The notes beneath the pieces are model-generated. The model had not been told where the DNA came from, did not search any database, and saw only the letters and a program-made list of their open reading frames with translations. Below, in pieces: positions 51,114 to 60,435 of a stretch of DNA of 64,000 nucleotides. The stretch is taken from assembly GCA_963796275.1 (NCBI GenBank), contig CAWCKY010000004.1, positions 384,001 to 448,000 on the forward strand, written 5' to 3'. Within the stretch, counting starts at the first letter, position 1. The number at the start of each line of letters is the position of its first letter. The stretch comes from an uncultured Acidobacteriota bacterium. GTDB taxonomy: Bacteria > Acidobacteriota > Blastocatellia > RBC074. A program made the translations under genes and the position numbers.

Positions 51114-54100
51114 GTGCGATCCCCAAAGTACCTCTTTCGTTTTATTATCGGAATGTCGTTGTTAAGCTACATTCTCTCTTTTGACTGCACTTTGAGCGTA
51201 TCCTCTCTGGCACAATCAAAGGATGACGATGCCATTCGCGGACTGGTCAAGAAAATATTCGAGTTATACCAAGAGAAAGCCACCGATAAGCTTCTCTCAC
51301 TCTGGAACGAGAAATCTCCTCTTCTGATCGAGAACAAAAAAGCCCTGCAAAGGGAATTTGCCGCATACGAGCAGATTATTGTGAAGGGGTTTGACATTCG
51401 TCAGATGAAGATCGTTGGCGATAAGGCAACGCTGCGGGTGGTGGCTGAGATGGCACTCACCAGATCCAATTTGGTAAAACCGATTGAAACTTTAGATAAG
51501 AAGAACCTGACGATTGAGCTGGTAGCCCAGGACGGAGGTTGGAAACTATGGAAATTTATCTTGAGCGAGGAAGAACTGTCTGCGGCTATCGTTGAAGCAA
51601 AGTCAGATGAAGAGCGGAAGGTCTTGATGAAGAGAGAGCCAGAATTGATCACCTCCGACCTCGCATCCGCTCTCCTTCGCCGGAATCTTGATGTTGAAAC
51701 TCTCTATCAAAAGGGATACCAACACGCACTCGCCATCAATCGGATCGCATATGAGCTTGCAGAATTGAATGCTGACCAATATGTCATGGCAAATGTACTA
51801 ATAAATATAGCTACCATATATGGTTGGATAGGAGCACCTGAAAAATCTCCTGACTTGGCGTTAGAGAATTTACGAAAAAGTTTGAAGATTGGAGAGGTGA
51901 ACGGATTTAAAAAGATTATCGGCATTTCGCTGAGCAACTCTGCAATGTTATATCAAACCCTAGGCGAGCTTTCCCCGGCCACTGATTTTTATCTGAGAAG
52001 CCTCAAACTGTTTGAGGAACGGAGAGACCCCATAGCGATTATCCCGACCTTGAATAACCTGGGTATTATCTATGATCTACAAGGCAATTCAGCCAAGGCT
52101 CTGGAATTTCACTTGAGATCACTGAAGATGTCGGAAACCCGACTCGAGTCCGGATCGGATTGGGCAAATTTATCGAGGGCGCTTGGAAATATTGGCAGTG
52201 TTTTCATGGCCCAAGGAAACGATGACCAGGCGTTGTCATATTGCCAAAAAGCGTATGAAGCCGCGGAAAAAGCGAGGACGCTGGGAGATTCTTCCGCCAG
52301 TTATCTCAAATCCAAACTGTTAGAATCCATTGCCAAAATTTATCTGAAGCAAGGCGACCACTCATTATCGATGGATTATTACCAGAAAAGCCTGAAGCTG
52401 GCGGAAGAGCTTGGAAATACACTGATAGATCTTAAAGACAGTTCAATTTCATCACTCAAAACGAGCATTGGCGACGTTTTCTCAGCACAAAATAATCTGT
52501 CTCAAGCCATCGAAAACTATAAGGAAGCAATTCTGATGGCTGCAAAATCAAGAAATAAAACTATGATGCCGTACCCTCTATTTCGCCTGGGTGAGATTTA
52601 TCTCTTACGCGGGGATTATCGCGAGGCTTTAGCCTATGCTGAGCGAGCTATCAGTGCTGCAGAAGAAAGCGGCGTTCCCAGTTATTCGCGTGACGCTCTA
52701 GTAACAGCGGCTAGAGTCTATCAGAAGCTCGGCCAACCTGAGGAAGCCCGCCAAACATTAGTCAGGGCAATTGATGTTACCGAGCGGTCGCGCGAGCAGT
52801 TTGCCGGAAGCGAAATCGACCGCCAGCGTTCCTACGAGAAATTCGTGACTCCGTATCAGGTTATGATCGATTTCCAAGCCGAACGAAAACAATTCAGGGA
52901 AGCCTTCTCCTATGCGCAGCGAGCGAAAAGTCGCACTCTCCTGGAACTACTACAAAACGGCCGAGTCAACATTGACAAATCGTCGTCTCCCGCGAAGCGG
53001 GAGCAGGAGCTACCACTAACCCGCAAGATCATTTCTCTCAACCGTCAAGTCACCGATGAGAAACTGAAATCTCAACCAGATTTAAAACGACTGGCTGAGG
53101 TCGAAGAGCAGTTGAAAAAAGCCCGCTCAGAGTTCGAAGCTTTCCGCACTACACTTTATGCCACACATCCCGAGCTTAAAGTTCAGCGCGGCGAGATTCG
53201 ACCGATATCCTTTGACGACGTCGCGGGCCTCATTCCAGACTCTAAGGCAGCACTGTTAGATTTCATCGTCACCGACGAGAACGTCCACCTCTTCCTCTTG
53301 ACCAAAGATGCTTCCGCGCAACCGGCCCTGAATACTTATACCATCAAGATCGAGCGCAAAGCGCTGGCAGAGAAGGTCGACCGCTTCCGGCGCCGAATGG
53401 AAAACCGAGACTACGACTTCCAGGCCCTCTCCAGGGAACTCTATGACTTGTTGATCAAACCGGCGCAGAAACAACTGCAGAACAAAACCAATCTCATTAT
53501 CTCTCCCGACAATGTGCTATGGGACTTGCCATTCCAGGCTTTGCTCTCTCCGGAGCTACGCTATTTGATTGAAGACACCGCAATCTCATATGCTCCTTCC
53601 CTCTCGGTGCTGAGAGAGATGCGGCTCGCGAGCAAAAAGAGACCGGCGCCAGCCAAAACCTCGTTACTGGCTCTGGGCAACCCGGCGCTGGGACAGCGGA
53701 GCCGTGAATTGGTAAAGTTTGTCAAAATGGATTCAGAGTTACAGCCATTGCCTGAGGCGGCTGATCAAGTCCGGGCTTTGGAGCGTTTGTACGGGAAGAC
53801 GCTAAGCAATGTGTACACGGGCACAGCTGCACGAGAAGAACTGGTCAAGGAGCAATCGGCCCGCTATCGCATCCTGCATCTGGCGGCTCACGGCATCTTC
53901 AACGACGTCAGCCCGATGTACTCGCACATCCTGCTGTCTCAAACTCCCGGAAAGGACGAAGAAGACGGGCTGCTGGAAGCCTGGGAGATGATGAACCTCG
54001 ATTTGAATGCCGACCTGGTGGTGCTCTCCGCCTGTGAGACGGCGCGCGGGCGAGTGGGAGCGGGCGAAGGTGTGATCGGGATGACGTGGGCGTTATTCGT

Positions 54101-54329
54101 GGCGGGATGTCCGAGGACCGTGGTCAGTCAATGGAAGGTAGAAGCATCGAGCACGACGGCCTTGATGCTAGAGTTCCACAAGAGATTCAAGACGAGACTC
54201 GAGCATCAGAAATCAGCTGTTTCTACCGCGGAGGCGATGAGGCAGGCTGCCTTGAAAGTGATGAAGAACCCGGAATACGTGCATCCATTCTATTGGGGCG
54301 GATTTGTCGTCGTCGGCGATGGCAATTGA
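51114..54329 (+). CDS. Signal peptide + NTF2-like + TPR + CHAT (caspase-like) protease, copy 1
   Basis: TPR array, IISPDNVLWDLPFQAL, catalytic HLAAHG and VLSACET, HPFYWGGF. Confidence 0.92.
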   Translation: MRSPKYLFRFIIGMSLLSYILSFDCTLSVSSLAQSKDDDAIRGLVKKIFELYQEKATDKLLSLWNEKSPLLIENKKALQREFAAYEQIIVKGFDIRQMKIVGDKATLRVVAEMALTRSNLVKPIETLDKKNLTIELVAQDGGWKLWKFILSEEELSAAIVEAKSDEERKVLMKREPELITSDLASALLRRNLDVETLYQKGYQHALAINRIAYELAELNADQYVMANVLINIATIYGWIGAPEKSPDLALENLRKSLKIGEVNGFKKIIGISLSNSAMLYQTLGELSPATDFYLRSLKLFEERRDPIAIIPTLNNLGIIYDLQGNSAKALEFHLRSLKMSETRLESGSDWANLSRALGNIGSVFMAQGNDDQALSYCQKAYEAAEKARTLGDSSASYLKSKLLESIAKIYLKQGDHSLSMDYYQKSLKLAEELGNTLIDLKDSSISSLKTSIGDVFSAQNNLSQAIENYKEAILMAAKSRNKTMMPYPLFRLGEIYLLRGDYREALAYAERAISAAEESGVPSYSRDALVTAARVYQKLGQPEEARQTLVRAIDVTERSREQFAGSEIDRQRSYEKFVTPYQVMIDFQAERKQFREAFSYAQRAKSRTLLELLQNGRVNIDKSSSPAKREQELPLTRKIISLNRQVTDEKLKSQPDLKRLAEVEEQLKKARSEFEAFRTTLYATHPELKVQRGEIRPISFDDVAGLIPDSKAALLDFIVTDENVHLFLLTKDASAQPALNTYTIKIERKALAEKVDRFRRRMENRDYDFQALSRELYDLLIKPAQKQLQNKTNLIISPDNVLWDLPFQALLSPELRYLIEDTAISYAPSLSVLREMRLASKKRPAPAKTSLLALGNPALGQRSRELVKFVKMDSELQPLPEAADQVRALERLYGKTLSNVYTGTAAREELVKEQSARYRILHLAAHGIFNDVSPMYSHILLSQTPGKDEEDGLLEAWEMMNLDLNADLVVLSACETARGRVGAGEGVIGMTWALFVAGCPRTVVSQWKVEASSTTALMLEFHKRFKTRLEHQKSAVSTAEAMRQAALKVMKNPEYVHPFYWGGFVVVGDGN

Positions 54330-54364
54330 ATAAAAAGACTGATGCAATGCGGAGATAGGTTTTC

Positions 54365-54729
54365 GTTTATGTTCGAAACGAAGCAAGGCAAATTCGTGCA
54401 TCGGGCTATCAATTCTAAAGTAGGGCGAGACTGAAACTTTCCCGGGCTCAGCCCCTTGTCGATGAAGCTGCCATCCGGACGTACCTTGACAGCACCGCGG
54501 CCCGGTCCACTCACCCCTTCCGAATTGATATAGAAATATTGCGGGCTTCCCGCTCTCATTGAACCTCATCAAATCCACTTGCTCTTCAAGTAACGGGCGG
54601 CCACTCGAATCAGTAATGGATACTGTAATCACGCCGCCGCGTTTCAGTTCGATGTCAATGTTCTCAATGGTTTCGTTGTCGCCGACGTTAAGCATCCTGC
54701 CACGCGTCTCTGAGTTTTAGCTTTGACAT
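54365..54729 (-). pseudogene. Internally deleted copy of the 48801-50516 gene
   Basis: MSKL start (54729) joined to LNVGDNETIENIDIELKRGGVIT..DSSGRPL, then to SEG.SGPG.GAVKV.PDGSF; the upstream DNA also repeats about 50500-50760. Confidence 0.88.
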
Positions 54730-55170
54730 GCTTTCTCCAAATCCCAGGTCGAAGCGCCAGGTGGAATGTTGGTAGTTTAGTTTTCAGCGTTTCTAGATAC
54801 TGGCTGCGCAAGATCAGGAATTTTCCTCACGCAAAGCCGCTAAGACGCAAGGAGATGATGCAATGACAGAACCTAGAATCTGAGAGACTTGCGGCCTGAC
54901 GTGAGATTTTCCTTCTCTGTTGCGTCCGCTGTGAATACCGTTGTCTCTGAAACCGGACCGAATCATATGCACACGCTAATCGGATCGCAACCGCAAGCTC
55001 ATATTAACTTGGGTTCGATCTTAAGAAAATATTTCTTTTTTTTATCTTCTCGCCTACAATTCGACCGTTGAGACTGTCTGATGTTCTCCGCAAAGACGCA
55101 GTCTGTCATTTCTTCGGTCTCAAATAGGCCGCATTATTGTCCTTACACATTACAACAGGATAAATCCCCA

Positions 55171-58100
55171 GTGCGAACCCCTAAACACCTCTCACGTTTT
55201 ATCACCGGAATGTCGTTATTGAGCTGTCTTCTCTGTTTTGACTGCGCCTTGGGTCTATCCTCCCTGGCACAATCGCGGGATGACGAAGCCATTCTCAGTC
55301 TGGTCGGGAGACTCTTCGAATCATATCAACAAGAAGACCTCGACAAGTTGACCTCATTGTGGAGCGAAAAATCTTCTTTCCTATCCGAGAACAAAAAAGC
55401 CTTGCGTGAGGAATTCACCGCATACGAGAAGATTGCTGTGAAAAGTTTCGACATACGTCGGATGAAGATCGATGGCGATAAGGCGACCCTGCGAGTGGTA
55501 TCTGAGATGGCGCTTACCAGGGCTAATATGGTGAAGGCCATTGAAAAGATAGAGAAGAAAACCCGAACGATCGAGTTGGTCAACGAGAGTGGAACTTGGA
55601 AGGTATGGAAATTCATCGCCGGCGAGGAAGAACTGGCTGCCGCGATCATTGCTGCGAAGACAGATGAAGAGCGGAAGGCCTTGCTGGAAAGAGAACCAGA
55701 ATTGATTACTTCCGACCTCGCCGATTATCTCATTCGTCGGAATTATCCTATCATTGGTGATAACAAGAACTACCAAAACGCGCTCGCGATCAATCAATTG
55801 GCCAGAAAACTCGGAGAACAAACCGGTGAGCCTTGGGTAATAGCAAACGCGCTGATGAATGCAGGATACATCCATGGTTGGATAGGCACCCCAGAGAAAT
55901 CACATGAAATGGCACTTCAGTATTTCCTAAAAAGTTTGAAGATAGGGGAAGAGTTTGGATATAAAGAGCTCACTGCCAGTTCATTGGTTCGTGCTGCAGT
56001 GATCTATCATCTTCTAAGCGAATATTCGCAAGCCACAGAATATTATCATAGGGGACTCAAACTGGCTGAAGAATTGGGAGACCTCAAGTTGATGGGTCAA
56101 GCGATGAATAACCTGTCAATCATCTATCGCGAAAACGGTAATTACGCCAAAGGCCTGTGGTTTCTGTTGAAATGCCTGCAGCTACTTGAAAACCAACTCA
56201 ACTCCGATCCGAATTGGGAACTTCTGTCAAGAGTCCTGACAAATATAGGCAGGATTTTCGCGTCCCAAGGTAACGTTGAGCAGGCTTTGGCTTATTACCA
56301 AAGGGGACTTGAAATGGCAGAAAAAGGAATTAAGTCGGGAGATACTAGGGCTAGGTTTAGTAAGGAACCTGTGCTATCACTCATTGGTCAAGTCTATCTG
56401 GAACAGGGCAACCTATCCTTAGCTAAAGAATATTTTCAGAAAAGTCAGAGGCTGTTGGAAGAGGGTGTAGATCCTTTAATTCCTACAGATATCGCCGTTT
56501 TCTGGGCCAAGGAGAGCATTGGAGAAGTTTTGGCAGCGGAAAATAATATCCTTCAAGCAATCGCTACCTATCAGGAAGCTCTTCAGCTGGCGGAAAAATA
56601 TAGATATAAGGAGGGGATGTCGAGCGCCTCACTGAGTTTGGGAAAGTTGCACCTATCGCGTGGAGATTATCACGAGGCATTGACCTATGCTGAACGAGTC
56701 GTCGAGGCTGCCGAAGAAACCACCCAATCTGTCTATCGTGCTCTGGAAATAGCCGCTAAAGCCTATCTGAAGCTCAACCGACTGGAAGAGGCACATCAGA
56801 CGTTGGTCAGAGCTATTGATATCACTGAGCAGTTACGCGAGCATTTGGCCGGTGGTGAACTCGACCGCCAACGTTCGTTTGAAGGCGCCGTGAGTCCATA
56901 TCAAACAATGATCGATCTCCAGATCGATCAAAAACAATTTACAGAAGCCTTCTCTTATGCTCAACGCGCAAAAGGACGCACTCTCCTGGAACTATTGCAG
57001 AACGGACGCGTCAATATTGATAAATCAGCGTCTGCAGCGGAGCGTGAACAAGAACAACAACTAAGCCGAAAGATCACTTCACTCAACAGTCAAATCACCA
57101 GTGAGAAACTGAAGTCTCAACCCGATGAAAAACTCCTGGGCAGCTTTGAAGAAGAGTTGAAAAAGTCCCGCTTGGAGTTCGATGCATTCCAAACCGCCCT
57201 CTACGCTGCCCATCCTGAACTCAAAGTCCAGCGCGGAGAGATTCGACCGGTCTCCATTTCCGATGCAGGAGACCTCATTCCCAATTCCAAAACCGCATTA
57301 CTGGATTTCATCGTCACAAACGAGAATGTCCATCTCTTCGTAGTGACCAAGGACTCATCCGCTCAACCAATCCTGAACACCTACACCGTCAAGATCGAAC
57401 GCAAATTGCTGACTGAGAAGTCCGAGCGCTTCCGTCGCCGAATGGAGAACCGAGACTACGATTTCCAGGAGCTCTCCAAGGAGCTCTATAACTTATTGCT
57501 CAAACCGGCTCAGAAGCAACTGCAGAACAAAACCAACCTGATCATCTCTCCCGATAACGTTCTGTGGAACTTGCCATTCCAGGTATTGCTATCTCCGAAC
57601 CTACGTTATCTGGTCGAAGACGCCGCGATCTCATATGTGCCATCGCTCTCCGTGCTTAGAGAGATGCAGCTTGGGCGAAAAAAGAATCAAACTCCGGCAA
57701 AGGCATTATTACTGGCTCTGGGAAACCCGGACCTGGGAAAACAGAGTATAGAAACAGCCAAGTTCGTGAAGATGGACGCGGAATTGCAGCCATTGCCCGA
57801 GGCGGCGACTCAAGTCCGCTCCCTGGGCCGTTTGTACGGGAAGACGCTAAGCAATGTGTACACGGGCACAGACGCACGAGAAGAACTGGTCAAGGAACAA
57901 TCGGCCCGCTATCGCATCCTGCATCTGGCGGCTCACGGCATCTTCAACGACATCAGCCCGATGTATTCGCACATCCTGCTGTCTCAAACTCCCGGAAAGG
58001 ACGGAGAAGACGGGCTGCTGGAAGCCTGGGAGATGATGAACCTCGATTTGAATGCCGACCTGGTGGTGCTCTCCGCCTGTGAGACTGCGCGCGGGCGAGT

Positions 58101-58374
58101 GGGAGCGGGCGAAGGAGTGATCGGGATGACGTGGGCGTTATTCGTGGCGGGATGTCCGAGGACGGTGGTCAGCCAGTGGAAGGTAGAAGCGTCGAGCACG
58201 ACGGCCTTGATGCTAGAGTTCCACAAGAGGTTCAAGACGAGACTCGAACATCAGAAATCAGCTGTTTCTACGGCGGAGGCGATGAGGCAGGCTGCCTTGA
58301 AAGTGATGAAGAACCCGGAATATGTGCATCCATTCTATTGGGGCGGATTTGTCGTCGTCGGCGATGGCAACTGA
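55171..58374 (+). CDS. Signal peptide + NTF2-like + TPR + CHAT protease, copy 2
   Basis: GTG 55171 (MRTPKHL) aligns with the copy 1 start; the HLAAHG / LSACET dyad is intact. Confidence 0.92.
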   Translation: MRTPKHLSRFITGMSLLSCLLCFDCALGLSSLAQSRDDEAILSLVGRLFESYQQEDLDKLTSLWSEKSSFLSENKKALREEFTAYEKIAVKSFDIRRMKIDGDKATLRVVSEMALTRANMVKAIEKIEKKTRTIELVNESGTWKVWKFIAGEEELAAAIIAAKTDEERKALLEREPELITSDLADYLIRRNYPIIGDNKNYQNALAINQLARKLGEQTGEPWVIANALMNAGYIHGWIGTPEKSHEMALQYFLKSLKIGEEFGYKELTASSLVRAAVIYHLLSEYSQATEYYHRGLKLAEELGDLKLMGQAMNNLSIIYRENGNYAKGLWFLLKCLQLLENQLNSDPNWELLSRVLTNIGRIFASQGNVEQALAYYQRGLEMAEKGIKSGDTRARFSKEPVLSLIGQVYLEQGNLSLAKEYFQKSQRLLEEGVDPLIPTDIAVFWAKESIGEVLAAENNILQAIATYQEALQLAEKYRYKEGMSSASLSLGKLHLSRGDYHEALTYAERVVEAAEETTQSVYRALEIAAKAYLKLNRLEEAHQTLVRAIDITEQLREHLAGGELDRQRSFEGAVSPYQTMIDLQIDQKQFTEAFSYAQRAKGRTLLELLQNGRVNIDKSASAAEREQEQQLSRKITSLNSQITSEKLKSQPDEKLLGSFEEELKKSRLEFDAFQTALYAAHPELKVQRGEIRPVSISDAGDLIPNSKTALLDFIVTNENVHLFVVTKDSSAQPILNTYTVKIERKLLTEKSERFRRRMENRDYDFQELSKELYNLLLKPAQKQLQNKTNLIISPDNVLWNLPFQVLLSPNLRYLVEDAAISYVPSLSVLREMQLGRKKNQTPAKALLLALGNPDLGKQSIETAKFVKMDAELQPLPEAATQVRSLGRLYGKTLSNVYTGTDAREELVKEQSARYRILHLAAHGIFNDISPMYSHILLSQTPGKDGEDGLLEAWEMMNLDLNADLVVLSACETARGRVGAGEGVIGMTWALFVAGCPRTVVSQWKVEASSTTALMLEFHKRFKTRLEHQKSAVSTAEAMRQAALKVMKNPEYVHPFYWGGFVVVGDGN

Positions 58375-58456
58375 ATAAAGACTGATGCGATGCGGAGATA
58401 GGTTTCGTTCTCTTTTTATGCTCCCGATCCGCCCAGCACTTGCATCAAAAACCCAC

Positions 58457-58485
58457 TTGACGCATCCTTCACAGCCGAATAGAAT
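58457..58485 (+). promoter_or_regulatory. Sigma70-type promoter for the ABC operon
   Basis: TTGACG, 17 bp, TAGAAT; a gcagatcatt direct repeat follows at about 58512-58531. Confidence 0.6.
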
Positions 58486-58568
58486 TTTTCACTTACATTA
58501 GCCCCCCTGAGGCAGATCATTGCAGATCATTTCAGGTTCGATTCATTTCAAATCAATCGGAGGCAATC

Positions 58569-59600
58569 TTGATTGAAGTCGAGCATCTGACAAAGAGCTA
58601 CGGACAGGCACGCGCCGTCAATGATATCTCATTCCAGGTTGAAAAAGGTGAGATACTGGGCTTTCTCGGCCCCAACGGCGCCGGAAAGACCACTACAATG
58701 CGCGTTTTAACCGGCTATCTTCCGGCAACCAGCGGGACTGCCCGCATCGCCGGTTATGACGTATTCGAACAATCGATGGAGGTCCGCAAACGCATCGGCT
58801 ATCTGCCGGAGACTCCTCCGCTCTATACCGACATGTCGGTCGGGGACTACCTGGCATTCGTCGCACGGATCAAAGGTGTACCCTCGGGCGATATCAACCG
58901 CCGGATGGAAGAGGCGATGCGGATGGCCAACATCACGGACAAGCGATACGAACTTATCAAACGTCTATCACGCGGCTATAAACAGCGCGTCGGCATAGCG
59001 CAGGCGATAGTTCACAACCCCGATGTCGTCATCCTCGACGAGCCCACCGTCGGCCTCGATCCTAACCAGATCAAAGAGGTACGCCACCTGATCAAGGGTC
59101 TCGCCGGGGAGCATACGATCATCCTTTCGACGCATATCCTCCCTGAGGTCGAGATGACCTGTGACCGCGTCGTGATTATCAACAAGGGCAGGATCGTCGC
59201 GGTCGATACGACGGAGAATTTGACCACTCAAATCAAGGGTGGCGAACGCGTACAGGTCAAGATCAGGGGCCCTCAAGAGAAAATTCGCAATACGCTCGAA
59301 AAGATCGACGCCGTAAAACATGTAGATCTGAGTCCGTCGGATGACTCGGATGTGGTGGGCGCGATGATCGAAAGCGAACAGGGCACGGATTTACGCCCGC
59401 AGATCGCCGCCCGCATAGTAAGCAGCGGTCTCGACCTGCTCGAACTGCGCGCCGTCAAACTGAGTCTTGAAGATATCTTCATGCAATTGACGACCGAGGA
59501 GAAGTCGGTTGTCGAGTCCGACTCCAGACCGGGAGCGAGAGAAGCCGAGCCTCCGACAGAAGGCGAGTCCCTCACTGAGGTCGCCCGCGCCGACGCCTGA
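58569..59600 (+). CDS. ABC transporter ATP-binding protein (GldA-like)
   Basis: GPNGAGKTT, LSRGYKQRVG, ILDEPTVGLDP, STHIL. Confidence 0.93.
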   Translation: MIEVEHLTKSYGQARAVNDISFQVEKGEILGFLGPNGAGKTTTMRVLTGYLPATSGTARIAGYDVFEQSMEVRKRIGYLPETPPLYTDMSVGDYLAFVARIKGVPSGDINRRMEEAMRMANITDKRYELIKRLSRGYKQRVGIAQAIVHNPDVVILDEPTVGLDPNQIKEVRHLIKGLAGEHTIILSTHILPEVEMTCDRVVIINKGRIVAVDTTENLTTQIKGGERVQVKIRGPQEKIRNTLEKIDAVKHVDLSPSDDSDVVGAMIESEQGTDLRPQIAARIVSSGLDLLELRAVKLSLEDIFMQLTTEEKSVVESDSRPGAREAEPPTEGESLTEVARADA

Positions 59601-59639
59601 GCTCCCGCCGCAATCCGCAACTGAAAGGGTTTCTATGAT

Positions 59640-60428
59640 ATGAAAGGAATTCTAGCTATCTACCGCCGCGAGATGAACAGTTATTTCGTCTCGCCTATAG
59701 CCTATATTGTTATTGGCTTTTTCCTGGTGATCACCGGATATTTCTTCTACGTTTATCTAACGGTTTATATGGAGCAAGCCTTCATGGCGCAGATGCGCGC
59801 CCAGCGCATGGGCGCCCCGCCCGATATGGATGTCCCTGGGATGGTTATACGTAGTTTCACCGGAGTCATCGCTTTCGTCCAGCTCTTCCTCGTGCCCATG
59901 CTGACCATGGGCGTATATGCTGAAGAACGTAAACGCGGCACGATGGAGATGCTCATGACTTCGCCGATCTCCGAGCTCCAAATAGTGGTCGGCAAATATC
60001 TAGCCTCGCTCGTGCTCCTCGTCGTGATGCTTGTACCGACATTGATCTACTTCGTCGTCATGTCGCGTTACAGCGAGCCTGCCATGCCCTGGCGGATAGT
60101 CCTCTCGAGTTATCTCGGCGTCTTCCTGCTCGGGGCGGTGCTGATTGCTCTCGGATCTTTCATCTCGTCGCTGACGGAGAACCAGATCATCGCGGGAGTA
60201 TCTACGTTCGTTATCTTCCTGTTGCTCTGGGTGATCGATATCGGATTTCGCAGTGCGAGCACGACGACCGGGGAAATCTTCAAATATCTTTCAATCCTCC
60301 AGCATTACGATTCATTTTCGCAGGGCGTGATCGATACATCGAGCATAATCTTCTATGTCTCGTTCACCCTGTTAGGTCTCTTCTTGACGCTGCGCGCGCT
60401 GGATTCAATGAGATGGAGGAGAGCTTAG
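59640..60428 (+). CDS. ABC-2 permease (GldF-like)
   Basis: REMNSYFVSPIAY, AEERKRGTMEMLMTSP, SSLTENQIIA. Confidence 0.9.
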   Translation: MKGILAIYRREMNSYFVSPIAYIVIGFFLVITGYFFYVYLTVYMEQAFMAQMRAQRMGAPPDMDVPGMVIRSFTGVIAFVQLFLVPMLTMGVYAEERKRGTMEMLMTSPISELQIVVGKYLASLVLLVVMLVPTLIYFVVMSRYSEPAMPWRIVLSSYLGVFLLGAVLIALGSFISSLTENQIIAGVSTFVIFLLLWVIDIGFRSASTTTGEIFKYLSILQHYDSFSQGVIDTSSIIFYVSFTLLGLFLTLRALDSMRWRRA

Positions 60429-60435
60429 GACAGTT

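Noticed and set aside
53784-58409. Diversity-generating retroelement TR/VR pair
   Set aside because: No reverse transcriptase in the window; both copies are coding; the differences are mostly synonymous and not restricted to adenines.
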